Positions 44,552-53,057 of a DNA stretch of 64,000 nucleotides are shown here, one piece after another. Location: positions 5,258 through 69,257 of the forward strand of contig JAFZZR010000005.1 in assembly GCA_017615635.1 (NCBI GenBank), read 5' to 3'. The position numbers were made by a program, and so were the translations under genes. Under the pieces are notes generated by a model. It worked only from the letters and a program-made list of their open reading frames with translations. It was not told where the DNA came from and searched no databases. Position 1 is the first letter of the stretch. The number at the start of each line of letters is the position of its first letter. Source of the stretch: Lentisphaeria bacterium (GTDB lineage: Bacteria > Verrucomicrobiota > Lentisphaeria > Victivallales > UBA1829).

Positions 44552-45720
44552 TTTCCGGTTCTTCCTTTTTCGGCGGATTCCTGTAGCGCGTTTTTCCGGC
44601 CCGAGGCGAACTTCTCCAGAATATCGGCCATGCAGGCCGCCCGGCGGAAAAAGTCCGTGCGGTCCGCGTATTCGTTCGCCTTTCTCCTGTATTCTCCGGA
44701 ATCGTTCCGCATTTTCCGGAAAAGCGCCCGCGCGGTTTCATCGGACCACGGGTCGGGCACGACTTCCGATCCGGCCTCCCGGACCAGAGAGGAAAAGCCG
44801 CAGCTCCCGGAGCAGAGAACGGGTACGCCGCAGCAGAGCGATTCGGCGATGACCGATCCGGCCGCCTCGTTGTAGGAGAGCAAAACCAGAAGATCGGCGG
44901 CGGGCAGCAGCACCTCCGTATCGTTTCTCGGGCCTGCAAAAAGGACATTGCCGTTCAGGCCGTACCGGCGGATCAGCGGAAGGACCTGATTCTGCCGGCC
45001 CGAGCCCGCCACGAGAAGTTTTGTCGTTCTCCTCTCGTCTTCCGGAAGGGACGCCAGGATCCGGATCGTGCGGTCCAGGCCCTTCCGCAGAAAATCCGAA
45101 CCGATGAAGATCGCCAGAAAATCGTTTTCTCCGATCCCGAACTCACGGCGCGCGTCCAGCCTCTTTTTTTCTGTCCAGTTTGCCCGGACGGTCCGGTATT
45201 TTTCGGGGATCCCGGACGGAAGAAGATGGAAACGCGATTCTTCCGTGCCGTAGCGGCGTTGGAAGGTTTCCTTCTGCCGTTCCGTGATGCAGAGGATCTG
45301 CGTGGGACTTCCCGGCGAAAAGAGTTCCCGTTCGATCCGGGTGAAGATCCGGTATCGAGGCAGAAGTGCCACCGTGAGCCGGGAACGTTTCTGGAGAAAA
45401 TGATCCAGAATGCAGTCGTCGGCGGCGAAATAGAAATCGCATCCCGTGATCCGGTTCATGGCCACGGTGACGTCGAATTTTCCATCGGCCAGAGCGTGGA
45501 ATGCCCGTTCGAATTCCAGCGCACGGGCGTGATTGGTGCGGCTTTTCAACGGGATCTGCCGTACGGAGAATCCCGGCAGTTCCGGCAGTTCCGACTCAAT
45601 CTCTCCCGTAAACAGGGTGACCTGCCATCCGCGGGCGAGAAGTTCCCGGATGGACCGCATGGTGTCGAGCTGGAGTCCGCCGAAGCTGAAGTATTTGAAG
45701 AGAGCGAAAGCAATTTTCAA
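44548..45720 (-). CDS. waaG: GT4 glycosyltransferase resembling LPS core glucosyltransferase I (WaaG/RfaG)
   Basis: (M)KIAFALFKYFSFGGLQLDTMRSI... aligns from residue 1 with my recollection of E. coli WaaG (MIVAFCLYKYFPFGGLQRDFMRI...; also YFAADxC, LPxGI). The start codon is TTG at 45720. Confidence 0.75.
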   Translation of the reverse strand: MKIAFALFKYFSFGGLQLDTMRSIRELLARGWQVTLFTGEIESELPELPGFSVRQIPLKSRTNHARALEFERAFHALADGKFDVTVAMNRITGCDFYFAADDCILDHFLQKRSRLTVALLPRYRIFTRIERELFSPGSPTQILCITERQKETFQRRYGTEESRFHLLPSGIPEKYRTVRANWTEKKRLDARREFGIGENDFLAIFIGSDFLRKGLDRTIRILASLPEDERRTTKLLVAGSGRQNQVLPLIRRYGLNGNVLFAGPRNDTEVLLPAADLLVLLSYNEAAGSVIAESLCCGVPVLCSGSCGFSSLVREAGSEVVPDPWSDETARALFRKMRNDSGEYRRKANEYADRTDFFRRAACMADILEKFASGRKNALQESAEKGRTGK

Positions 45721-45841
45721 GGTGACCGAGACTCCGTTCGTGTACTGTTCGAGGGAAAGATGCGGAGCTAATATACTGTATTTTTGCGGAAAGGCAATAT
45801 CTTTTTCCGGAAAAATAACATCTTTTCCGAAATGGTCCCGC

Positions 45842-45871
45842 TTGAAGAGATTTCCGTGTTGTGCTATATTA
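45842..45871 (+). promoter_or_regulatory. sigma70-type promoter with extended -10 (GH4-uxaE operon)
   Basis: TTGAAG-17 nt-TATATT within TGCTATATTA, about 55 nt upstream of ATG 45929. Confidence 0.5.
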
Positions 45872-45928
45872 CCAGAATGCGGGGAATATTCTCCGCTCTC
45901 CCACTAACAAGAGTAAGGAAGAAAAAGA

Positions 45929-47278
45929 ATGGCCAAGATTGCATTTACCGGCGCGGGCAGCACCGTCTTTGTCCGCAGTATCATCGGCGACTGTATGTTC
46001 ATGGACTCGCTGAAGGATTCCGAAATCGCACTGTACGACATCGATGCGGAACGGCTGAAGGAATCTCAGAAAATTCTTTCCGTTCTCAATGCGAACATGA
46101 ACGGCAACCGGATGAAGATCCGCACCTACTGCGGGCCCGCCAACCGGAAAAAAGCCCTGAAGAACGCAGACTTCGTGGTGAATGCGATCCAGGTGGGCGG
46201 ATACAAGCCCTCCACCGTGATCGACTTCGAGATCCCGAAGAAATACGGACTGCGTCAGACCATCGCCGATACGCTGGGAATCGGCGGGATCTTCCGCGCT
46301 CTGCGCACGATCCCCGTCATGCTGGATTTCGCGCACGACATGGAAGAGGTCTGCCCGAACGCGCTGTTCCTCAACTACAGCAATCCCATGGCCATGCTCA
46401 CGGGTGCGCTCCTGCATGGAAGCGGGATCCAGACGGTCGGGCTTTGCCACAGCGTTCAGGTGTGCGTGGCCTCGCTTCTCCACACGCTGCGCGGCATCAC
46501 CTACGAGGAGTCGGAAAAGCACAAGATCACGGACAAGATCGCCGGGATCAACCACATGGCCTGGCTGCTGGATTTCCGGTATGACGGGAAGGACATCTAC
46601 GACGAGCTTCGCGCCGAGGCGAAGGCCATGGTCCCCAAGATGTGCCGTGCGAAGAAGAACAAGTCCGCCAACATCGTCCGTCTGGAAATCATGAACAAGT
46701 TCGGCTACTACGTGACCGAGTCCAGCGAGCACAACGCGGAATACACGCCCTACTGGATCAAGAGCCAGTATCCCGAACTCATCACGAAGTACAATATCCC
46801 GCTGGATGAATATCCGCGCCGCTGTGTCAATCAGATCGCCGCCTGGAAAAAACAGTACAAGGAGATCCTGGCGGATCCGCATCTGACCCGCACGCTTTCC
46901 CGCGAATACGGCGCCCGGATCATGAATGCCGTTGTTACCGATACGCCGTACCGCATCAACGGAAACGTCCTGAACCGCGGATACATCGAAAACCTGCCGT
47001 CCGATGCCGTTGTGGAAGTGCCCTGCCTGGTGGACAGCCGCGGCGTCCACGGTACGGTGATCGGCCGTCTTCCCACTCAGTGCGCCGCACTGAACATGAC
47101 CAACGTCAACCCGCAGCTGCTGACCATCGAGGCGGCGCTGACGCGGAAAAAGGATACCGTGTATCAGGCGGCGATGCTGGATCCCCATACGGCCGCCGAG
47201 CTGCCCATCGACAAGATCGTTGCCATGTGCGACGACCTGTTCAAGGCCCATGGAAACATGATCCCGAAATACCGCTGA
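45929..47278 (+). CDS. glycoside hydrolase family 4 (NAD+/Mn2+-dependent alpha-galactosidase/alpha-galacturonidase type)
   Basis: It has the N-terminal Rossmann KIAFTGAGSTVF, the NYSNPMAM motif and the GLCHS catalytic Cys motif typical of GH4. Confidence 0.88.
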   Translation: MAKIAFTGAGSTVFVRSIIGDCMFMDSLKDSEIALYDIDAERLKESQKILSVLNANMNGNRMKIRTYCGPANRKKALKNADFVVNAIQVGGYKPSTVIDFEIPKKYGLRQTIADTLGIGGIFRALRTIPVMLDFAHDMEEVCPNALFLNYSNPMAMLTGALLHGSGIQTVGLCHSVQVCVASLLHTLRGITYEESEKHKITDKIAGINHMAWLLDFRYDGKDIYDELRAEAKAMVPKMCRAKKNKSANIVRLEIMNKFGYYVTESSEHNAEYTPYWIKSQYPELITKYNIPLDEYPRRCVNQIAAWKKQYKEILADPHLTRTLSREYGARIMNAVVTDTPYRINGNVLNRGYIENLPSDAVVEVPCLVDSRGVHGTVIGRLPTQCAALNMTNVNPQLLTIEAALTRKKDTVYQAAMLDPHTAAELPIDKIVAMCDDLFKAHGNMIPKYR

Positions 47279-47298
47279 CAACCGAATAAGGAGCCATT

Positions 47299-48807
47299 AT
47301 GAAAAAGTCTCTGGATTTTCTGGCCTCGCTTCTGAAGAACTCCGGTTCGGTGAACTTGCCGCCGGAAATCTATCCCGATTCTCCCCACCGGCTTCCCGGC
47401 GCCATTGTCGCCGCCGCTAAAACCGCCGACAGCCATGTCGTGCTGGTCGTCGCGGAGTCGTCCGCTTCTCTGCCCGACGGCTTCGAGGGTGACCGCGTGG
47501 AGCTGGACGGCGGCGCGGTCGGACTGATCTGCCCGAAGAACGCCGTCAATGCCGCCGCGCTCCGCAAGCACTTCCCCTGGTGCGCCCCGCGCAGCCTGCG
47601 CAAGGAGCGGACCACGATCGGATGCGGCGACCGTCTGGGCCTTGCCACCTTCGGACAGCTTCGCGCCGCCAAAAAATATGCGCTCTCGCCCGTGCTGGCG
47701 CAGCAGTCCATGCGTGAACTTTCCATGACGGGCCGGACGTTCCGCGGCGTCGTGGATGATGCCGTGTTCCAGGTGTTCGCCGCCGATTTCCAGTCCGGAT
47801 ACGGCGCCGACGGCGACCATCTCAAGAAAATTTCCGATATCGATGTGGCGCTGGATGCCGGCATGCCTATGATCACGCTGGACCTTTCCGAAGTCATGAA
47901 CGCCGCCGCGGGCGATTGGCCCGACAGCGAGATCAACTGCGCTTTCGCCGCTCTTCCCGAAGCGGATCAGACTCGGACGGCGCAGATGTACTTCGACAAA
48001 ACCTTCGATCTCGGGTCCGGCGTCCAGGTGAAACTCGATGCCGCCACCGCACGCCGCTGCGCCGTCATGTACAACCGCGCGCTGGACTTCGCCGAAGAGG
48101 TGTACCGTCACCTGCAGGAAAGGCGCGGGGATGAATTCGATTTGGAGATCTCCATCGACGAGACGACCAGTCCCACGCTTCCCTCGCATCACCTCTACAT
48201 CGTCAGCGAGCTGAAGCGGCGTGGCGTTGTGGTTTCCTCTCTGGCTCCCCGGTTCATCGGCGAGTTCCAGAAGGCGGTGGATTACATCGGCGACCTGTCC
48301 GAGTTCGACCGTCAGTTCAAGGTCCATGCCCGGATTGCCAAGGCGTTCGGCGGATACAAGATCTCCGTCCACTCCGGAAGCGACAAGTTCGCCGTCTATC
48401 CCACCGTGGGCCGCGAGACGGAAGGCTATCTTCATCTGAAGACGGCCGGAACGAGCTGGCTGGTCGCCGTCCTGGTGATCGCGCAGAACGATCCCGCGCT
48501 CTACCGCGAGATGCACCGGTTCGCCGAGGCTCATTTCGAGGAAATGCTGAAGCTTTATCACATCACGGCTGATCTGACCCGGATCCCGAACCTCGATTCC
48601 CTTTCCGATGCCGATCTGCCCGGCCTCGTGGAGTCCCATCCCGATGCCCGGCAGCTCATGCACATCACCTACGGCCCGATCCTCACCGGACCGCTCCGTG
48701 CCCGCTTCTTCGCGGCCATGCACCGGTTCGAAGAGGAATACGCGCAGGCTCTGGAAAAGCATTTCAACAAGCATTTCTCGCTGCTGAATATCCCCCGGAA
48801 AGGCTGA
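47299..48807 (+). CDS. uxaE: tagaturonate/fructuronate epimerase UxaE-like
   Basis: The blocks IGCGDRLGLAT, LAQQSMRELSMTGRTFRGVVDDAVFQVF and GYGADGDHLK match what I recall of Thermotoga UxaE (FGTGDRLG..FAQQSVRE..RTGRT..DDA..GFGADADH). Assigned from memory only. Confidence 0.7.
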   Translation: MKKSLDFLASLLKNSGSVNLPPEIYPDSPHRLPGAIVAAAKTADSHVVLVVAESSASLPDGFEGDRVELDGGAVGLICPKNAVNAAALRKHFPWCAPRSLRKERTTIGCGDRLGLATFGQLRAAKKYALSPVLAQQSMRELSMTGRTFRGVVDDAVFQVFAADFQSGYGADGDHLKKISDIDVALDAGMPMITLDLSEVMNAAAGDWPDSEINCAFAALPEADQTRTAQMYFDKTFDLGSGVQVKLDAATARRCAVMYNRALDFAEEVYRHLQERRGDEFDLEISIDETTSPTLPSHHLYIVSELKRRGVVVSSLAPRFIGEFQKAVDYIGDLSEFDRQFKVHARIAKAFGGYKISVHSGSDKFAVYPTVGRETEGYLHLKTAGTSWLVAVLVIAQNDPALYREMHRFAEAHFEEMLKLYHITADLTRIPNLDSLSDADLPGLVESHPDARQLMHITYGPILTGPLRARFFAAMHRFEEEYAQALEKHFNKHFSLLNIPRKG

Positions 48808-48824
48808 AAGAATCGTACACAAGG

Positions 48825-48860
48825 CGTCCGTCTGTTTCGAGCAGGCGGACGTTTTTTTTT
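48825..48860 (+). terminator. rho-independent terminator after uxaE
   Basis: CGTCCGTCTG-tttcgag-CAGGCGGACG is a 10-bp stem with one G-U pair, followed by T9. The T-run abuts the stop of the convergent IclR-like gene. Confidence 0.75.
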
Positions 48861-49554
48861 ACTCTTCCGATTCCAGCATGTTTTTGAGAAGCGTGCCCCG
48901 GACGATCAGATCCGTGATTTTCGGATCGTCCGGCGCAACATCGAAAAAGGCCAGCCCGAAGACCTCGTTCTTCCGTTCCACGGGAAAGGCGAGGTTGCAC
49001 TTTTTTTTGGTGATTTCCAGCGCATAGCCGTTTTTCTCCAGCTCGGCAATTCTCGGAAGAAAAAAGCCCGGCTCGAACGTTTCTCCCGCCTCGGACGCTT
49101 CGCGGCAAAGACGATCCAGCGCTCCGTCCCGTCCGTATTTCCGCACCAGAATGGCCAGCGCCAGATTTGACCGGCGGACCGGAAACCGGAAAAATTCCTG
49201 CTGCGTCCTCGCATCACGGTAGAGATAGACCAGCTGATTCTGGAAAAGTCCTGCCAGGGCGGCGGGTACCCGGAGCCGGTCCGAGACCTGGGCGATCCTT
49301 TTCATGGCCCGGCTGTTGAAGAACGTCCGGGAACAGGCGGCCTGGCCCCAGTAGACCATGCCCAGTCCCGGCTCGATTTTTCTGCTTTTCGTGCGGGTAA
49401 GATATCCGAGACTGCACAGATCGGAAACGATCCGCCAGCAGGCGCTGCGCTCGACCCCGGAAAGGCGGCTCAACTCCGTGAGGGAGAGCGGCCGGCCTGC
49501 GCGGATGAGCTGATCGGTCAGGAGAAAGATTTTTTCTGTGAGGAGCGATTTCAT
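48859..49554 (-). CDS. IclR-like transcriptional regulator
   Basis: N-terminal winged HTH (LSLTELSRLSGVERSACWRIVSDLCSLGYL) followed by an effector-type domain of about 150 aa. The family call is moderate. Confidence 0.6.
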   Translation of the reverse strand: MKSLLTEKIFLLTDQLIRAGRPLSLTELSRLSGVERSACWRIVSDLCSLGYLTRTKSRKIEPGLGMVYWGQAACSRTFFNSRAMKRIAQVSDRLRVPAALAGLFQNQLVYLYRDARTQQEFFRFPVRRSNLALAILVRKYGRDGALDRLCREASEAGETFEPGFFLPRIAELEKNGYALEITKKKCNLAFPVERKNEVFGLAFFDVAPDDPKITDLIVRGTLLKNMLESEE

Positions 49555-49642
49555 GTGGATACCATAGCGCGGTTTTCGTGAAAATCAAATCTCATAATGT
49601 GAGCATTTTTTCACTTTTCCGGTTTTTTGTCTTCCGCGTGCC

Positions 49643-49671
49643 TTGTCATGCTTCCTCTGTTGTCCTATATT
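49643..49671 (+). promoter_or_regulatory. candidate promoter of the FAD-oxidoreductase gene
   Basis: TTGTCA-17 nt-TATATT, about 30 nt upstream of ATG 49704 (RBS AAGGAGG). Confidence 0.45.
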
Positions 49672-49703
49672 TACCGCAGGAAAAAACGACAAAGGAGGCA
49701 CGA

Positions 49704-51422
49704 ATGCATATGGAAACCATCGTCCACAAAGTTCAGTTCTGCGTCATCGGCGGCGGGATGGCCGGCATTTGCGCGGCCATTGCTGCTGCGCGGCACGGCG
49801 TGCGTACGCTGATCATGCAGGAACGTCCCGTCTTCGGCGGAAACGCATCCAGCGAGATCCGCATGTGGATCTGCGGAGCCCGTGAGGCGGAAACCGGATT
49901 GATCGAAGAGATACGCCTGGAGAATCTCTACCGCAATACCTATGCCAACTATTCCGTGTGGGACAGCGTTCTATACGAAAAGGTACAGAATCAGGAGAAC
50001 CTGACCGCTCTGCTGAACTGCAGCTGCCTTGACGCCGAAACGGAGGGCGGCCGGATCGTTTCCGTCACCGGATGGCAGATGACGACCCAGCGTTTTCATA
50101 AAATCGAGGCTGATTTCTTCGCCGATTGTTCCGGGGACAGCATTCTGGCGCCGCTGACGGGCGCCGAATTCCGGCAGGGCAGGGAGGCCGCGTCCGAATT
50201 CGGTGAATCGCTGGCTCCGGCGGCCGCGGACAAAAAGACCATGGGGTTGTCCTGCCTGATCCAGGCCCGGGAAACCGATTCTCCCAGAAAGTTCATTCCG
50301 CCTGCCTGGGCGAACGTCTATCCGGACGACGGTTTTTTCACGAACCGGGATCATACCCTGGCCGGCAATCAGAATTTCTGGTGGATGGAGCTGGGCGGCG
50401 ATCAGGATTCCATCGGTGACACCGAGACGCTGCGGGACGAGCTTTTGAAGGTGGCGTTCGGCGTGTGGGACCACATCAAGAACCGGGGTGATCACGGGGC
50501 GGACAACTGGGAACTGGAGTGGGTCGGTTTCCTGCCCGGGAAGCGGGAAAGCCGGCGCTACATGGGCGACTACATTCTGAATCAGACCGATGTGCAGTCC
50601 GGCGGCAAGTTCGATGACATCGCGGCCTTCGGCGGATGGCCTATCGACGATCATCATCCCGGCGGATTCCTCCATCAGGGACCGCCCAATATCTCCATTA
50701 CGCCCGATCAGCCTTACGGGATCCCCCTCCGCTCTCTCTACTCCAGAAACATCTCCAATCTCTGGTTCGCGGGACGGAATATCAGCGCAACCCATATCGG
50801 CCTCAGTTCCACCCGCGTTATGGCCACCTGCGCCACGCTGGGGCAGGCGGTCGGGACCGCCGTGAGCGCGGCGCTTCGTCACGGCTGCACCGAAGCCCGG
50901 GAAACCGCTTCGCGTTACTTCCGTGAGATCCAGACCATGCTGATGGATGACGACTGCTATCTGCCCGGACTCCGCCGTGCCTCATGGCCGCTGGCCCGGA
51001 CGGCCCACCTGGTTTCGTCGGGGGCAGGGGATCCGGAAAATCTGCGGAACGGCACGGACCGGGCCCTCGGCGGCGCTTCGAACTGCTGGAAGTGCCGGAT
51101 CGGCGATACGGCGGAATATGACTTCGGCGACTCCGTTCCGCTGCACGAAGTCCGTCTTGTGTTCGATTCCGATCTGGAACGGAACCGGCTCATGATGCCT
51201 GCAAACTTCTTCAAAGGCGGGAAAAAGCTCGCGCCTCCGGAAACGCTGGTCTCCTCCTTCGAACTTCTGGCCGATGGAAAGACCGTTTTCCGGACGGACA
51301 GCAATCACCAGCGACTGGTCCGGATCCCGCTGGATATCCGCGCCCGGAAACTGGCGCTGCGGGTCTGCGGATTCGCAGGTGCCGAAGAGGCGGGCGGCGT
51401 ATTCTCCTTCGATGTCCGCTGA
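49704..51422 (+). CDS. FAD-dependent oxidoreductase (PF12831-like, frequent in PVC/Bacteroidota glycan loci)
   Basis: FCVIGGGMAGICAAIAAARHGVRTLIMQERPVFGGNASSE dinucleotide fold. ATG at 49704 follows AAGGAGG; the track start at 49578 was rejected. Confidence 0.8.
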   Translation: MHMETIVHKVQFCVIGGGMAGICAAIAAARHGVRTLIMQERPVFGGNASSEIRMWICGAREAETGLIEEIRLENLYRNTYANYSVWDSVLYEKVQNQENLTALLNCSCLDAETEGGRIVSVTGWQMTTQRFHKIEADFFADCSGDSILAPLTGAEFRQGREAASEFGESLAPAAADKKTMGLSCLIQARETDSPRKFIPPAWANVYPDDGFFTNRDHTLAGNQNFWWMELGGDQDSIGDTETLRDELLKVAFGVWDHIKNRGDHGADNWELEWVGFLPGKRESRRYMGDYILNQTDVQSGGKFDDIAAFGGWPIDDHHPGGFLHQGPPNISITPDQPYGIPLRSLYSRNISNLWFAGRNISATHIGLSSTRVMATCATLGQAVGTAVSAALRHGCTEARETASRYFREIQTMLMDDDCYLPGLRRASWPLARTAHLVSSGAGDPENLRNGTDRALGGASNCWKCRIGDTAEYDFGDSVPLHEVRLVFDSDLERNRLMMPANFFKGGKKLAPPETLVSSFELLADGKTVFRTDSNHQRLVRIPLDIRARKLALRVCGFAGAEEAGGVFSFDVR

Positions 51423-51450
51423 ATGGGACACGAGGCCATAAATAAGGACT

Positions 51451-51491
51451 AGGGGTACTGGGAATACAGGAAATACCAGGGGTACTGGGAA
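51451..51491. repeat. two perfect 14-nt direct repeats AGGGGTACTGGGAA spaced 27 nt
   Basis: The copies are at 51451-51464 and 51478-51491, 60-100 nt upstream of the -35 of the 51554 promoter. Confidence 0.9.
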
Positions 51492-51553
51492 AAGTTTAAC
51501 GATAAAAACACACCTTCGGAAAGGAGAAAAAGAGAGTTTTTTTCGCGGACGGG

Positions 51554-51581
51554 TTGACATTTCCGAAAAACCGGATATAAT
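51554..51581 (+). promoter_or_regulatory. consensus sigma70-type promoter
   Basis: TTGACATTTCCGAAAAACCGGATATAAT (TTGACA-16-TATAAT). It is near-identical to the pseudopilin promoter at 27753-27780. Confidence 0.6.
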
Positions 51582-51630
51582 TATGATATTGCGCTATATC
51601 ATGAACACAGATGAACGGTACCCTGCTTTT

Positions 51631-51930
51631 ATGAAAAAGGTTACCTTGACGGATGTCGCCAGACTGGCGAATGTTTCCAGCTCCGCCGCGGGAAAAGTCC
51701 TCAACGGCGACGGCGATCCCCTTTTCGACAGCATGAACATTGCCTCCCTGGATCCCCGCTACGAAGACATTGCCTCGGCTCTGCTGAAGCTGCTGCTCCA
51801 TCCCGAAACCCGGGACACCGTACCCGTCATTGAAGCCATTTACAAGAGAGAGATGAGAGATGATCCTCCTTCGCTAAAGCTTCCGCCTTCACGAAAGTTA
51901 CGGCGGACAAGCCGGAGGACAAGGAGATGA
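51631..51930 (+). pseudogene. orphan LacI-type HTH ORF (truncated regulator or stand-alone HTH)
   Basis: MKKVTLTDVARLANVSSSAAGKVLNG matches the LacI HTH. The remaining 70 aa or so have no sugar-binding domain and end in a basic, low-complexity tail. There is no convincing RBS. Confidence 0.4.
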
Positions 51931-52090
51931 GAGAAAACGGAGTACTGTCGAGGAGAGACAGGCCCGATTGTGCACTTTGATGCTGCAGGACGCGTAAAAT
52001 GGAGACTTTTTCAGGAAAAATCAAACAAAATGCCGGCTTTTTCCGTCGTGGAGACTTGAAAAAAAGCCGTATAAAGTTACTTTTCAACAT

Positions 52091-52116
52091 TGAAAAATCT
52101 CATTCGGAGATTTTCA
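52091..52116 (+). promoter_or_regulatory. hairpin/palindrome just upstream of the isomerase operon
   Basis: AAAATCTC-attcg-GAGATTTT is a perfect 8-bp stem, extendable to 10 bp with one bulge. It lies 28 nt before ATG 52144. Confidence 0.35.
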
Positions 52117-52143
52117 GCAAGGTGAAATGACAAGGAGCAGTCA

Positions 52144-53028
52144 ATGAAACTGAAAAATACTGAATTTGGAATCATAACGAATTTTTATGGACTCCAGATC
52201 TCCATTGAAGAGGCAGTCCTGCGGTTAAGCAATCTGGGAATCCGTAATCTGGAAGTCCCCGGGTGGCATTGGAGCGCCGGTCAGGATACATCCTCTTACA
52301 TCATGACCGATCATCCGGAACGTTTGAACAGATTTCGCAGTCTGCTCCGTGATCAGGGAATGAATGTGCAGCAGTTCCACAGCCATTTTGCGTTTGCGGC
52401 GGAATCGGAAGAAAGCCGGACCAGACAGGTGGAAAGGAACAGACGAACGATCGATCTGGCGGCGGGAATGGGTGCAAAAGCGGTAGTGATCCACATCGGG
52501 GGAACCCATGCCGCGTGCGGACAAATCCCCGATTCGGCAATTTTTGAGGCAAATGCCAGATCTCTTTCGGAAGTTGCGGATCATGCGAAAAATACGTCCG
52601 TCAAAATTGCAATCGAAAATCTGATGACGGACACCAATCGGATGGGCTGCCGCATCTCCGAATTGAAGGATCTGATTACGGCCGTGGGGTCGGACCGGGT
52701 CGGGATCTGTCTTGACACCGGTCATGCCAATGTTGACGGACTGGACGTGCCGGAAGCGGTTCGGGAATGCGGAAATCTGCTGATCGCCACTCATATTCAG
52801 GAAACCTGCCGGGGCAACGACCTGCATATGTTTCCGTTCGCTTTGCGCAGGAGAAAAAGCACGATGGACTGGTTCAGGATCTTCGATGTTTTCGCCGAAA
52901 TCGGCTATCCTTATCCATTGATCGGGGAATGTGCGAACGCAGAACTGCCGCTGGAACTGGCAGACCGTTATCTGGAAGCACAGAAAAATCTGATCGAATC
53001 CATTTTGCGCGGAGAATTCGAACGCTAA
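52144..53028 (+). CDS. sugar phosphate isomerase/epimerase (xylose isomerase-like TIM barrel)
   Basis: AVVIHIGG, IAIENL and GICLDTGHANV motifs of the AP_endonuc_2 / TIM-barrel family. RBS AAGGAG. Confidence 0.85.
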   Translation: MKLKNTEFGIITNFYGLQISIEEAVLRLSNLGIRNLEVPGWHWSAGQDTSSYIMTDHPERLNRFRSLLRDQGMNVQQFHSHFAFAAESEESRTRQVERNRRTIDLAAGMGAKAVVIHIGGTHAACGQIPDSAIFEANARSLSEVADHAKNTSVKIAIENLMTDTNRMGCRISELKDLITAVGSDRVGICLDTGHANVDGLDVPEAVRECGNLLIATHIQETCRGNDLHMFPFALRRRKSTMDWFRIFDVFAEIGYPYPLIGECANAELPLELADRYLEAQKNLIESILRGEFER

Positions 53029-53057
53029 TGCAATATTTCAACTGAAGGAAGCGTGTC

